Origin: Candidatus Uhrbacteria bacterium
GTDB lineage: Bacteria; Patescibacteriota; Patescibacteriia; UBA9934; GWF2-40-263
Length of the DNA stretch: 64,000 bases
Assembly: GCA_016188495.1 (NCBI GenBank)
Contig: JACPHU010000029.1
Coordinates: forward strand, 11,136-75,135
Reading direction: 5' to 3'
Numbering within the stretch: the first letter of the stretch is position 1; the number at the start of each line of letters is the position of its first letter. A model generated the notes under the pieces. It was not told the origin of the DNA. It worked only from the letters and a program-made list of their open reading frames with translations, and made no database searches. Below, one piece after another: positions 51,229 to 61,720 of this stretch. A program made the position numbers and the translations under genes.

Positions 51229-51407
51229 AGTGCCTGAATGATAGCAACTTTTGATAAATTCCCACAGTCTGGCGGAATCGAACCTTGTCTGGGGATCGAA
51301 CCGAAAAAATAAGGCAAATTTCTTCTTTTGGGCATTTGAGAAAAATTCGATCAGTTTGCGTCCCAGATACTTCGGCTTTTTGGTCGGGCTACAAGAGTCG
51401 CTATTTG

Positions 51408-51496
51408 CTCAAAGACTAAACAAAAAATCGCCATTTTTTAATGACGATTTTTTGACAAAGCATGTGGGTCACTTCACACGCTTTCTCATGGCTCGG
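51408..51496. repeat. ~85-bp direct repeat, tRNA-proximal copy (tRNA 3' end + terminator hairpin + flank)
   Basis: Near-identical to 25821..25897. Overlaps the last 8 nt (GAGCCA...) of tRNA-Asn. Confidence 0.7.
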
Positions 51497-51563
51497 GGGG
51501 CGGGATTCGAACCCGCGACCAATTGGTTAACAGCCAACTGCTCTGCCACTGAGCTACCCCCGA
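51489..51563 (-). tRNA. tRNA-Asn (anticodon GTT), CCA encoded
   Basis: Minus-strand cloverleaf folds by hand. Acceptor TCGGGGG/CCCCCGA. D-arm GCTCAGTGGCAGAGC. Anticodon loop CTGTTAA. T-arm GCGGGTTCGAATCCCGC. Discriminator G then CCA. Confidence 0.85.
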
Positions 51564-51800
51564 ATACGTTTCTTTTTAGAAAAAGAACGAGTGGATCATA
51601 ACAACTCTATTGGGAGTTTGCAACCGTTTGTTATCCAGATGGGGTACTGTTCCCTAATGAGATGAGATTGTCACGTTCGGGCTGGCATCGCTGAAGACGT
51701 ACTTAAATGTACGTTGAAGTGATGTCTGGGTGCCTGAACGTGGCAAGATTGCTCATTTGGGAACAGTCCAGATATAGAAAAACCCTGGTTGAACCCAGGG

Positions 51801-52484
51801 TTAAGAAGAGCGTTTAGCTTTATAGGCCAACCAACCGTTGTGAGCGTGTGCCGCAAAGGATGCGACAGCGAGAATGAGGGCTCCTGTCAGCGAAAGAAGG
51901 GTGATCCCGTTTATGAAGGGGATCAGATGAAGGGTGTTTTCCCCTCCAAACAAAGGTCGGGTTGTTAAAACCAGCAGGGCCATGGAGATGACTTCCAAAT
52001 GCATTTTTCGTTTCCCAAAACTGTTAGCAGCCCCATCGCCCAGCTCAAGCATTCTCAGAATAGGACGCACAAGGGTCAGTAGGCCGGCCATCACCGTAAG
52101 ACTGATCGTCATCCATGAGGGTGAATGACCGACAACCCACAGCAAACCGATGAAGCGAATCTTGTCTATGAGAGGATCCAACCAGCGACCCAAGTGAGTG
52201 ATACCCAGGTGATTGAACCGTTCCCACCAGCTAAGATTTGATTCCTCCTTGAGCGTAAGAGGGGAGAGGTCCGCTGCTCGACGCAGCGATTCGTGATATC
52301 TGCTTACCAACCCGTCAAATGAGTCGCTTAGAAAACTGATAGTCAGCACCAGGATGGCGAGCCAATCATGATCGACGGTAAAAAGGTAGATCCCTAACAG
52401 CGCCAGCAGTCCTCCAAAGAGCGTGATCCAATTTGCGGCAACAACCCCCAAGGTTCTGCTAATGTTTCTGGATAGGTTTTCCAT
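51801..52484 (-). CDS. CDP-alcohol phosphatidyltransferase family protein
   Basis: DSFDGLVSR...GRWLDPLID matches D-x2-DG-x2-AR...G-x3-D-x3-D. Start chosen at the Met with a perfect GGAGG RBS. Confidence 0.6.
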   Translation of the reverse strand: MENLSRNISRTLGVVAANWITLFGGLLALLGIYLFTVDHDWLAILVLTISFLSDSFDGLVSRYHESLRRAADLSPLTLKEESNLSWWERFNHLGITHLGRWLDPLIDKIRFIGLLWVVGHSPSWMTISLTVMAGLLTLVRPILRMLELGDGAANSFGKRKMHLEVISMALLVLTTRPLFGGENTLHLIPFINGITLLSLTGALILAVASFAAHAHNGWLAYKAKRSS

Positions 52485-52570
52485 GTTTCCTCCTTGTCCG
52501 GGCTTTTTATAACATAAGCCTTTTGAATTTAAAAGACGACCATCGTTTTGGCCGTCCGTTTGATATTCCT

Positions 52571-53650
52571 CTACTGAACTTCTCGGGTATTGAGTCCCCA
52601 ATGTTCCCGACGAATGATCTTGGCTTGATCTGGTGCCCAGGGAAGGACTTCCATTAAACCAGCATCAACCAGTTGTTGAACTTCTGGTCTTGTGTCGATC
52701 GGAACTGTATCGGCGACGACAAATCGATCAATCAATTGCTGACCGAAGGCCGTCCTCTGATCCAAAAACCGTTCAGGAGCTCCGCCGCACATGATGCAGT
52801 GTGGTGCTTCTGCCCATACGGTTTGAGCATTGTATTCTTTTCTTAAGAGTAAAGACATATTGCACATGGATGTTCCTCGTGCAATTTCGTCATCTACCAT
52901 GACAGCGATCGAATCTGGTAACAGATGGGTATCCCCATAAACACCCACAAGCTCCGTTTTAAAGGAATCTGTTCGTCTCTTGATTCCTACCACGTTAGGA
53001 AAATGGATGCCAATCTTTTTTTCTACCTGGATGACAGCATCTTTATATGCATCTGCCGCACTTGCGTCAGGGTACACAAGGAGAATGGGTTTTTTTGTTC
53101 CAGACCGTTCAATAAGATCAAGAGTGTGATTCAGTAAACGTCGTTTGAAGGAGATGGAGAAAATGACCCCGTCCCCCACGTCACTGATATTCGCATGTGG
53201 ATCAACGCAGATAATCCGCGTGACACCGCAACGTCCAGCGGCAGCCTGCATGAGCTTAACTAAGAATCCAGGTTTTGGAAGGGCTAAGTCTTTTTCTGGT
53301 TTCTCGCTACGAGACCAGGGAAAATATCCAAAAACAACAGTGATCCTAGATGCTCTTCTTCCGGCAATCATGTTGAGTGTGTCATACAACATTCCTAGAG
53401 ATTTATAAGTCGCTGGACCGCTTGCAATGACAAACACATCATGATCGCCAATATGGTCTTTCTTGAGGTATGAATACGGTTCTCCATTATCATGGTTCCC
53501 GTATGTGACCGTGGCGATATCAACCGGGGTCTTATAATCCTTATCCCCGTTTTTTTCCTCGATTAATACCTTGAGTTTTTCTGCAACCCTCTCTAATCCT
53601 GGTAGAGGAACGAGAGTAAGTCCACCGTGTTTATTGTAAGGTGCATCCAT
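52571..53650 (-). CDS. ribose-phosphate pyrophosphokinase-like (PRTase-fold) protein
   Basis: C-terminal PRT motif VMVDDEIARGTSM. N-terminal Pribosyltran_N-like half. Confidence 0.5.
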   Translation of the reverse strand: MDAPYNKHGGLTLVPLPGLERVAEKLKVLIEEKNGDKDYKTPVDIATVTYGNHDNGEPYSYLKKDHIGDHDVFVIASGPATYKSLGMLYDTLNMIAGRRASRITVVFGYFPWSRSEKPEKDLALPKPGFLVKLMQAAAGRCGVTRIICVDPHANISDVGDGVIFSISFKRRLLNHTLDLIERSGTKKPILLVYPDASAADAYKDAVIQVEKKIGIHFPNVVGIKRRTDSFKTELVGVYGDTHLLPDSIAVMVDDEIARGTSMCNMSLLLRKEYNAQTVWAEAPHCIMCGGAPERFLDQRTAFGQQLIDRFVVADTVPIDTRPEVQQLVDAGLMEVLPWAPDQAKIIRREHWGLNTREVQ

Positions 53651-53760
53651 CTTTTATCTCCTTTTCGATACATTTACACACTAAGAAGACCGCTAAAGAT
53701 AAACAAAAACAGCTTTTTTGTCAAGAAATGAACCTAACTTGAAATGAACCTAACTTGAAC

Positions 53761-54129
53761 CTAACTTTCCTCTTCTTCTGGTTCGCCAGAGAGGGGATCC
53801 CAAGCGTCTCTTGGCTGGCGCATTTGGTGCCTCCAAGCATCTCGCAACTGTTCTTGCTTTTTTGTTTTGTTCCTTTGGACTAACGCTTCTGCAAGATCCC
53901 TTTGCTCTTTTTTCCTTTTCTGCTCCCGCTTATTCAGTTCTTTGCGAATTTCTCCGAAGATCAGGTCCCGTTCTCTTCCTTCAGGGATTCCTTGCAGGGC
54001 TTTGGTAATGTGAAGAGAAGGAGATATCCTTAAATCAAGTTGTTTGGCATATGCCTCAGCTGCATCTGCTAGTTTTTTGATTCTTTGCATGTGCTCGCCC
54101 TCGTTTGTAGAAAAGGATTCAGATTTCAT
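53761..54129 (-). CDS. hypothetical highly charged protein
   Basis: 122 aa, Lys/Glu/Arg-rich. Confidence 0.35.
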   Translation of the reverse strand: MKSESFSTNEGEHMQRIKKLADAAEAYAKQLDLRISPSLHITKALQGIPEGRERDLIFGEIRKELNKREQKRKKEQRDLAEALVQRNKTKKQEQLRDAWRHQMRQPRDAWDPLSGEPEEEES

Positions 54130-54150
54130 ATCTGATATAATAACGTATAT

Positions 54151-54792
54151 ATGTGTTTCTCTGCCACGGCAAGTTTTACCGCCAGTGCGGTGTTAGTCGC
54201 AACAGGAGCTGCTTCCCTTACGCAGGTAAAGAAAAAACAGGATTATTTTCTTGCCAGTATCCCATTTTTGTTCGGGATTCAACAATTTTTAGAAGGGTTG
54301 ATCTGGATTTTTCCAGATAGGGGACTGTTAACGCTTATTTTAGGATACGGATTTTTATTTTTCGCTTTTCTTTTATGGCCTGCGTATGTTCCATTGGCGA
54401 CCTGGGCTCACGAACCTAATCTAAAACGTCGACGTATCCTTCGTTCCGTAGCTGTATTGGGAGCCTTTGGGATGTTCTATTTGTTGGTTACGCTTCTTAC
54501 TCAACCCCTTGTTGTAGATATTATTGGTCGTCATGTGTGTTATCTCGTCGACGTGTCTTATGAACTTCCCGGCGTTATTTTATACGTTGCCGTAACAACC
54601 AGTTCGTTCTTCTTTTCCTCAAAAAAATTTTTACAGCTTTTCGGACTGTTGATTTTGTTTTCTGCTGGAATCTCTTGGATATTTTATGAGCGGGCCTTCA
54701 CATCCGTTTGGTGTTTTTTTGCCGCAGGTTTGAGTGTTCTTCTTTTCTTTTATCTTCGTTTTTTGAAAAAGAGAATGTCATTCTTGAAATAA
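54151..54792 (+). CDS. hypothetical polytopic membrane protein
   Basis: 213 aa with about six hydrophobic helices. Confidence 0.4.
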   Translation: MCFSATASFTASAVLVATGAASLTQVKKKQDYFLASIPFLFGIQQFLEGLIWIFPDRGLLTLILGYGFLFFAFLLWPAYVPLATWAHEPNLKRRRILRSVAVLGAFGMFYLLVTLLTQPLVVDIIGRHVCYLVDVSYELPGVILYVAVTTSSFFFSSKKFLQLFGLLILFSAGISWIFYERAFTSVWCFFAAGLSVLLFFYLRFLKKRMSFLK

Positions 54793-54816
54793 AAAAGATC
54801 GTTGAGAATAACGACC

Positions 54817-55389
54817 TTATTTCGTCAGAGTGAGTGCTTCTTTTTTCTTTTTGAACGTTGCCAGAGCGTCGTCTCCGTGTTCACGTTTGATTTTTTTCTC
54901 GATGGCCTCTTGCGTCCAAGAGTCAAAACTTACCATCCCGCACTCATAGGGTTGGGTGAGTCTATAGAGCATTCCTCTCCAAAGGCTGCAAGGGATCACT
55001 CCTCCGAGTCGCATCATTTTTTCAAGCCCGTCACTAAATGGACAGGCTGAACAGATCATTTTTTCGTAGTCGGCTTTGTATGCCAACTCCTTCATTTTCT
55101 GATACCAGTTCCAGTAGTAGATTTTTCCTTCCGGTGCTGGAGGCGGTTTCTGACCCATTTCAACAGGAGGGACATCGCTTGGGTGAATGACCCCAAATTT
55201 TTCATCCAGTTCTCTGACCAAACTATCAGAGATTTTTTGAGCGGATACCACCTCTTTGGAAAGTTCTCCTGTTGGGTCATCGATACGTCCATGACCCAAC
55301 TCGTGATTGATGCGCCAGATGAAGCCACCGAGACTTTCGATCGTCTCCCAATACTCCATTTCCGTTTCCGGTTGTTTTTTCAGTTCCAT
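54817..55389 (-). CDS. hypothetical protein
   Basis: 190-aa ORF with a Cys-containing C-terminal half. Confidence 0.4.
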   Translation of the reverse strand: MELKKQPETEMEYWETIESLGGFIWRINHELGHGRIDDPTGELSKEVVSAQKISDSLVRELDEKFGVIHPSDVPPVEMGQKPPPAPEGKIYYWNWYQKMKELAYKADYEKMICSACPFSDGLEKMMRLGGVIPCSLWRGMLYRLTQPYECGMVSFDSWTQEAIEKKIKREHGDDALATFKKKKEALTLTK

Positions 55390-55550
55390 TCTTTTCTTTC
55401 TCCTTTTTTAAACATTTACGTATCACTATCGAGTACTCCAGGACTGACTAAACTTTCATAAATTAAGAAGTTTGTCAATACTTATTACATTTTTCTCTTG
55501 ACAAACACCATAAAAAATAATGTAGGTGTGAATCACATTTGGTACCATAG

Positions 55551-56816
55551 ATGTCTATGGATCTTTTTGAGCATCAGCGACAACAACATAAAAGCCTAAC
55601 GGCGCCTTTGGCAGATCGTCTGCGGCCAAAGACGTTTGATGATTATGTGGGACAGGAACATCTCATTGGGGAAGGAAAGATGCTGCGACGGTTGATCGTC
55701 CAAGACCAGATTCCTTCGATGATTTTTTGGGGACCTCCGGGAACAGGAAAGACGACGCTTGCGCATATCATTGCCCAGATGACTGGCTGCTACTTTGTAA
55801 AATTTAGCGCGGTGGAACAGGGAGTGAAAGATGTCCGTCAAATGGTGCTACAGGCGGCAGAACGCGAAAAATTCCAAAAGAAGCGCACGATTCTTTTTAT
55901 TGATGAAATCCATCGCTTCAATAAGCTTCAGCAGGATGCTTTTTTGCCGCATGTGGAAAATGGAACGATTATTCTCATCGGGGCTACGACCGAAAATCCA
56001 AGTTTTGAAGTCAATTCGGCGTTGCTCTCCCGTTGCCGTGTTTTTGTGCTCAATGCGCTTGAGGCTTCAGACATTCAAAAGCTTATTGAGCGGGCATTGA
56101 TCGATCCTATTTATGGATTAGGGACAAAAGAAATTCACATAGATCAAGAAACCATTTCTTATTTGTCGCAAATAGCCAATGGGGATGCACGCACAGCGTT
56201 AAATGCCCTTGAAGCAGCGGTTCAGGCATTTCAAGAAAACGAAAGGATTATATTGAATAACGAAGTTATTCAAGAGGCTCTACAACGTTCTTCTCTGTTG
56301 TACGATCAAACAGGAGAGCAGCATTACAATATTATTTCTGCCTTGCATAAATCGATGCGAGGGCATGACGCCAACGCGGCGTTGTATTGGATGGCACGTA
56401 TGTTAGAGGCAGGGGAGGATCCTCTTTATATTGCCAGACGCCTTGTTCGCTTCGCTTCGGAGGATATTGGATTAGCGGATCCTCGCGCTTTGGAACAAGC
56501 GGTTGCTGTTTACCAAGCCTGTCATATGATCGGCGTTCCAGAATGCAATGTGATTCTTGCTCAGGCGGTTGTTTACTTAGCCAAAGCTCCTAAGTCTAAT
56601 ACCCTTTACACTGCCTACAGCAAAGTCGCTCAAGATATCCGTGAATGTCCAAATGAACCCGTTCCGCTGCATCTTCGCAACGCCCCGACAGCGCTCATGA
56701 AAAAATTGAACTACGGAAAAGGGTATAAATACACTCCTGCTTTTGAAGATCCTGAGGCTGCCCAACAAACGTTTCTCCCTCCTTCTCTTGAAGGAAAGAA
56801 GTATCTTTCTTTCTGA
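55551..56816 (+). CDS. rarA: replication-associated recombination protein A (AAA+ ATPase)
   Basis: [11 protein letters not shown] Walker A, DEIHRFN Walker B/sensor. MgsA/RarA C-terminal lid. Confidence 0.85.
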   Translation: MSMDLFEHQRQQHKSLTAPLADRLRPKTFDDYVGQEHLIGEGKMLRRLIVQDQIPSMIFWGPPGTGKTTLAHIIAQMTGCYFVKFSAVEQGVKDVRQMVLQAAEREKFQKKRTILFIDEIHRFNKLQQDAFLPHVENGTIILIGATTENPSFEVNSALLSRCRVFVLNALEASDIQKLIERALIDPIYGLGTKEIHIDQETISYLSQIANGDARTALNALEAAVQAFQENERIILNNEVIQEALQRSSLLYDQTGEQHYNIISALHKSMRGHDANAALYWMARMLEAGEDPLYIARRLVRFASEDIGLADPRALEQAVAVYQACHMIGVPECNVILAQAVVYLAKAPKSNTLYTAYSKVAQDIRECPNEPVPLHLRNAPTALMKKLNYGKGYKYTPAFEDPEAAQQTFLPPSLEGKKYLSF

Positions 56817-56835
56817 TTTGATAGAATAAGAGTCT

Positions 56836-57231
56836 ATGGATAAAGAAAAATCAGAAGAAGAATGGAAAAAAGAATTAACTCCAGAGCAATATAGGATTCT
56901 GCGAGAAAAAGGGACGGAAGCTCCTTTTAGCGGAGCTTTTTATCAAGAGACACAGAATGGTCTGTATTATTGCGGAGCCTGTCATGCTCCTTTGTTTGCA
57001 TCCCAAGATAAATTCGATTCCGGATCCGGATGGCCAAGTTTTGATCGTGTTGTTAATTCGGATTCCGTAAAACTGATTGAAGATTATTCTCATGGAATGA
57101 GTCGTACAGAAGTTCAGTGTGCCGCCTGTGGAGGACACCTCGGACATCTTTTTGATGACGGGCCTACGCCAACCGGTCAACGGTTTTGTATCAATTCAGC
57201 CTCGCTTGATTTTAAAAAGAAAGACGTATGA
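56836..57231 (+). CDS. msrB: peptide-methionine (R)-S-oxide reductase
   Basis: CGACHAPLF...[21 protein letters not shown] with the SelR Zn-Cys pairs. Confidence 0.85.
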   Translation: MDKEKSEEEWKKELTPEQYRILREKGTEAPFSGAFYQETQNGLYYCGACHAPLFASQDKFDSGSGWPSFDRVVNSDSVKLIEDYSHGMSRTEVQCAACGGHLGHLFDDGPTPTGQRFCINSASLDFKKKDV

Positions 57232-58226
57232 TCGAGTCGGTATCCATTATCTTTATCGCGTTTAGCGGATTTTTTCTTGCCGCCTATCTCTTCCACAAAA
57301 AACGTCGAAAGCACGAACCCTTTATTTGTCCGTTGCGTGCGAACTGTTCTGAGGTGATGCAAAGCAATTACTCGAAATTTTTAGGAATCCCTGTTGAGGT
57401 TTTGGGGTTGTGTTATTACGCCGTGCTGGCTTTGGTTCACGGGCTTGTGTTGATGCAGGAATCACTGCGCTGGCTTGATGTCTATTTGTTGATCGTTTCC
57501 TCTATCGCTTTACTGTTTTCTCTGTATCTGACAGCTATCCAAATTGTGGCCTTGCGAAAGTTTTGTACTTGGTGCTTGCTTTCGGCGAGCTTTTGTCTGG
57601 CGATCTTTGCTCTTTCTATTGTGGGATCTCTTGAAATCGTTCTCCCGTTTCTTGCTGGCTACCAGATGAGTATTTTAGGTCTTCACCTTCTTGTCACAGG
57701 GATTGGAACAGGTACGGCGACAATCACTACGCTCTTTTTTTATAAATTTCTTAAAGATGGACGTCTTTCCGAAGACGAGACTGGTGTTCTTTCGACGCTT
57801 TTTGAATTTGGATGGTTGTCTTTGTGTCTTCTGTTGATTTCGGGTTCAGCTTTTTATTTGTCGTTTTCCGAAGGGCTTTTTTCTTCTTCGTTGTGGATGT
57901 TGGAATTGATCGCTGTGTCGGTTGTCATTATCATCAGCGGCTTTTTGACGTTGCGCGTGATGCCGCGTTTGGTCAAAATTTCCAGCGGACAAGAGCACGA
58001 ACATCTGGCAGGGGAGCTCTTACGGGCTCGTAAGATTGTGTTTACATTGGGACCTATGGCTCTTCTTTCTTGGTACGTTGCCTTTGTGTTCGGGTCCCTT
58101 TCAGATAGGCTTCCTTTTTCATTTCAACAATTATTGAGCACCTATGTTCTGCTCCTGCTGGTGGCTTTTCTGATCGGCCGTATGGCGTATCATCGTGTTG
58201 TGAGCAGACCAGAGAAAATAATTTAA
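57228..58226 (+). CDS. VKOR-domain integral membrane protein
   Basis: [10 protein letters not shown] and KFCTWC motifs in the N-terminal VKOR-like core. Extra C-terminal TM helices. Confidence 0.55.
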   Translation: MIESVSIIFIAFSGFFLAAYLFHKKRRKHEPFICPLRANCSEVMQSNYSKFLGIPVEVLGLCYYAVLALVHGLVLMQESLRWLDVYLLIVSSIALLFSLYLTAIQIVALRKFCTWCLLSASFCLAIFALSIVGSLEIVLPFLAGYQMSILGLHLLVTGIGTGTATITTLFFYKFLKDGRLSEDETGVLSTLFEFGWLSLCLLLISGSAFYLSFSEGLFSSSLWMLELIAVSVVIIISGFLTLRVMPRLVKISSGQEHEHLAGELLRARKIVFTLGPMALLSWYVAFVFGSLSDRLPFSFQQLLSTYVLLLLVAFLIGRMAYHRVVSRPEKII

Positions 58227-58231
58227 GGATT

Positions 58232-59002
58232 ATGACAGCATCTCTTATCATCCCGGCTTTTATCGCGGGGATTCTGACGTTTTTAGCCCCCTGTACCTTG
58301 CCTCTGGTACCAGCTTATTTGGGATTTATTAGCGGGGCGTCTGCTAAAGACTTACAAAACGCTGCTCATCACCCAAACATTCGACGCAAGGTCATGTTAA
58401 ATGGTCTTTTTTATGTTTTTGGATTTAGTACGGTGTTTGTTCTTTTAGGAACTCTTTTTGGGATCGGTGGAGTAGTTTTGGCAAAGTATCAATTTATTTT
58501 CACTAAGATAGGAGGGGTTTTTATTTTTTTCTTCGCATTGTATCTGATGGGGGTTTTTGAAAAAATTCCCCAATTACGTTCTCTTCTTTATTCTGATCAC
58601 CGTTTTAAACTTCCTGCGTCTTTGAAACCAGGACACGTTTGGAGTTCTTTTATTTTCGGCGCCACGTTTGCCTTTAGTTGGACTCCTTGTGTAGGACCGA
58701 TTTTAGGTTCTGTATTGTTATTAGCTTCCTCCAGTGCCACAGTGGGACAGGGAGCGTTTCTCTTAGTTATTTTTGCCTTGGGTCTTGCTCTTCCTTTCTT
58801 GCTTATTGCTGCTGGTGTGGCTCATGCCTCCGAAACGATCAAAACACTTTCTCGTCTATTGCCCTATATTTCTTTTGTCGGAGGCCTGTTTTTATTGTTT
58901 CTTTCCGTCCTTCTTTTAACGGATTCCCTTTCTCTTTGGCTTGGATGGTTTTATAGGATTTTTTCATTTATCAATGAAGATAAAATATTGGATTATCTTT
59001 GA
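58232..59002 (+). CDS. ccdA: cytochrome c-type biogenesis / thiol-disulfide transporter CcdA (DsbD membrane domain)
   Basis: FLAPCTLPLVPAYLGFI and WTPCVGP motifs. Confidence 0.75.
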   Translation: MTASLIIPAFIAGILTFLAPCTLPLVPAYLGFISGASAKDLQNAAHHPNIRRKVMLNGLFYVFGFSTVFVLLGTLFGIGGVVLAKYQFIFTKIGGVFIFFFALYLMGVFEKIPQLRSLLYSDHRFKLPASLKPGHVWSSFIFGATFAFSWTPCVGPILGSVLLLASSSATVGQGAFLLVIFALGLALPFLLIAAGVAHASETIKTLSRLLPYISFVGGLFLLFLSVLLLTDSLSLWLGWFYRIFSFINEDKILDYL

Positions 59003-59053
59003 TTTTTTCTCCTCTCGCTTCGGAAATATTCCTATGTTATACTGCCGATCATT

Positions 59054-59641
59054 ATGAAAAGAATCGTCATTTTTCCTTTGATTACGCTTTTATTGGTAGG
59101 AGGTGGTTGTCTAAAGGGTAAGGAAACGTTATCCACAGAGACTGTTTCTGATACGATTGATCGCGGTTCTATTCTTATTGAGGCGAAAGAAAACGGTCTC
59201 ATCATGAAGGATGAGGAAATAGCCAAAATGAAAGCACAACCGCTTGAATCAGATGCAGGAACGATTTTTACGGACGTTTCAAGTTATGAGGATGTTGCCG
59301 TCAAAGGATGGATTTCTGCTGCACTTGCGGATGTAACCGGAGGCGACAGCTTTGGACTCGCCTATGCTCATTTTGAAGATGGAACCTACACGATTATTAG
59401 CAAAATGGGGAATCTTCCTGAGCCCGCCCAAGGCTATTTTTATGAAGGATGGCTCGTCCGACGAGGAGATGATTTTTCTGTGTTGAGCATCGGCCATGCG
59501 GTGAAAACAGAAAAAGGATATATGAACGTCTATCAATCACCGACAGATTTGTCTGATCATGCCTTTTACGTTTTGACGCTTGAACCCGAAGACGGAAATA
59601 CTGCTCCTGAAGAACATATCTTGGAAGGATCATTCCGATAA
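59054..59641 (+). CDS. hypothetical lipoprotein
   Basis: Signal plus lipobox LLVGGGC. Confidence 0.4.
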   Translation: MKRIVIFPLITLLLVGGGCLKGKETLSTETVSDTIDRGSILIEAKENGLIMKDEEIAKMKAQPLESDAGTIFTDVSSYEDVAVKGWISAALADVTGGDSFGLAYAHFEDGTYTIISKMGNLPEPAQGYFYEGWLVRRGDDFSVLSIGHAVKTEKGYMNVYQSPTDLSDHAFYVLTLEPEDGNTAPEEHILEGSFR

Positions 59642-59755
59642 AAACACCCAATCGGGTGTTTTTTGTTTCTTCAAATATTTTCCACAGATCTTTTATTTTT
59701 ATTTGTTAGAATAGAAGAGTAGTTCTATTTTGTTCTAAACCCATTTTTTATTCGT

Positions 59756-61321
59756 ATGCGGCGTTTGTGGATTTTTTTTGTTCTTTTTTGTTTATTTCCA
59801 GTTACTCTTCAGGCCGAAACGGGTGTTTTTTTGCAACCAAAGATTTTGGACGTTAAAAAATCTGTTGTGTGTTCAAATTCAGAAGGTCGTTGTCATAGCC
59901 TTTTTCTTATTTCAGGGAAAAATTTTCTTAATAGTAATGGAACGTTGGGTGTGCGGGTTGGAAACGAATGGGCACAGGTGATTCGTCGCACCAATACATC
60001 CCTTGTTGCCGCGGCTTCTGAAGAAGCTTATGAAAAGACTCCTATTGTTTCGGTTGATACCACGATTACGCGTCCGCAGCTTTTTTCTTCGGATCCCGTT
60101 CTGGTTTCCTTATTTGAAGAATCCGTGGATGTTGCCATCGATTCCATCGGCATAACCTCCAATGGGACAAGATACCTTAGAGCCGGACCTAAATATGATT
60201 CGCCTGAACGTGTCTATTATCGCGACAGCTACTGGGCCTCTGGGATGGTTCTGATGATTGAACCTTATGTGATTCGCGACCAGATTGAGCTGCTTGCTTC
60301 AGGAGTAGAGCCAAATGGAAGCACTCCCAGTGCTATTCCCGTGAATCCGAAAGATACCAAGATTCCCTTGTGGGTTGATCATTTTGATTCCGGCCCTTAT
60401 TTTGTCATGCTGGTTTATGATTACGTTCGATGGACAGGAGATCTTTCAATTTTGGATGAACGCGTGAACGGTCGGACGATTTTTGCGATCATGGAAGACA
60501 TCGTTTCTTATTTGTCTAGCAAGGATTCCAATGGAAATCAGCTTCCTGAAAAACCCAAAGACTCCTTACAGGACTGGTTGGATAATATTCCCAGAAGCGG
60601 GGAAGTATTTTCAAACGAAGTGCTTTACTACAGGGCTCTACGTAATCTGATGGATTTAGCAAACGCGTTTGGAGAACCTCAGCACGCGCAATCTTTTCGA
60701 CGCCAGTCTTTATTGGTCCGCTATCAGATCAATAAACTTTTTTGGAATCAAAAAGGCGGATATTATTATGAAAGCTGCTACAAAGGCGTGTGTGAGGACC
60801 GTATCACCAATGAATCAGCTCTTGCTATTCTTTACGATGTCGCTACGCCACAGCAACGAGACTCTTTGTTCAAACAACTTAAAACGTTGGAGAGTGTAAA
60901 TAATCCAGATATCGCTTATGGAGATTGGGGAGTGTTAAACGCTTGGCCGTTGTATAAAGGGTTTCCTGCCTATCACTATCAAAATGGAACAGATTGGGCT
61001 TTTTTGGATGGAATCAATGCTGGTGCTCGATTAAAATATACCAATACAGATTGGTATTATCCGCTTACTCGCTGGTGGACTTATCACAAAGAAACCGACA
61101 GTGAAACATTTTTGCCTGAATATGTTTCGCCTGTTGATAAGCAGGCCGGCAATCAGCAAGCTTGGTCGGTAAATCCTATGGTGAGTTTCGTCCGATACGG
61201 CATGGGCATTGATCCTGATCTGGGCGGTTCTTACACTATTACTGATTTTCCCAATGTTGACGCTCGTATTGAAGGAATGGTTTTAAGAGGGAAACGAGTA
61301 GAGATCGATACGAATCGATAG
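59756..61321 (+). CDS. secreted (alpha/alpha)6-barrel glycoside hydrolase-like protein (GDE_C/GH63-like)
   Basis: Signal peptide. Central region rich in W/Y with Asp/Glu acid-pair context typical of six-hairpin glycosidases. Low-confidence family call. Confidence 0.4.
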   Translation: MRRLWIFFVLFCLFPVTLQAETGVFLQPKILDVKKSVVCSNSEGRCHSLFLISGKNFLNSNGTLGVRVGNEWAQVIRRTNTSLVAAASEEAYEKTPIVSVDTTITRPQLFSSDPVLVSLFEESVDVAIDSIGITSNGTRYLRAGPKYDSPERVYYRDSYWASGMVLMIEPYVIRDQIELLASGVEPNGSTPSAIPVNPKDTKIPLWVDHFDSGPYFVMLVYDYVRWTGDLSILDERVNGRTIFAIMEDIVSYLSSKDSNGNQLPEKPKDSLQDWLDNIPRSGEVFSNEVLYYRALRNLMDLANAFGEPQHAQSFRRQSLLVRYQINKLFWNQKGGYYYESCYKGVCEDRITNESALAILYDVATPQQRDSLFKQLKTLESVNNPDIAYGDWGVLNAWPLYKGFPAYHYQNGTDWAFLDGINAGARLKYTNTDWYYPLTRWWTYHKETDSETFLPEYVSPVDKQAGNQQAWSVNPMVSFVRYGMGIDPDLGGSYTITDFPNVDARIEGMVLRGKRVEIDTNR

Positions 61322-61365
61322 GAATAAAAATAAAACCCCAGCGAGCTAAACTGACAGAATATAAG

Positions 61366-61472
61366 AGTGTATATTCCCTGAGCGGAGGTTCATTCGATGA
61401 ACCGGAGTCGAAGGGGGTATTTACTGATTTTGACCCTTCGACTCCGCTCCCTTGGGTCGCTTCGCTCAGGGG
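61366..61472. other. nested inverted-repeat structured region (candidate small RNA or regulatory hairpin cluster)
   Basis: ccctgagcg/cgctcaggg closing pair encloses ggttcat-tcg-atgaacc and ggagtcgaaggg...cccttcgactcc hairpins. Lies in a 400-nt intergenic gap. Confidence 0.3.
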
Positions 61473-61505
61473 ATATAAGAATGAAACAAAGAAAAACCAC
61501 AGCTG

Positions 61506-61625
61506 TTATGCTGCGGTTTTTTTACTCTTTACGATACGGATGGCTTTGGCTTTTCGGCTGTTCGCAAGTTGAACTTTACGTTGTGCTTTCCAAGCTGTAC
61601 GGACTTGTTTTCGCTTACCAGGCAT
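61506..61625 (-). CDS. possible small basic protein (39 aa), not in the ORF track
   Basis: MPGKRKQVRTAWKAQRKVQLANSRKAKAIRIVKSKKTAA. Lys/Arg-rich like small ribosome-associated proteins. No clear RBS. Confidence 0.2.
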   Translation of the reverse strand: MPGKRKQVRTAWKAQRKVQLANSRKAKAIRIVKSKKTAA

Positions 61626-61720
61626 AGAAGTAATATAATTTCAGAGAAATCATAGTGTATTTAACGACAATCCGTCAAGTTATCCAATATGTAAATATAA
61701 ATAGGGTACAATAAGAGTAT

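Noticed and set aside
51251-51601. 116-aa plus-strand ORF overlapping tRNA-Asn
   Set aside because: It overlaps the antisense of a clean tRNA gene and its terminator.
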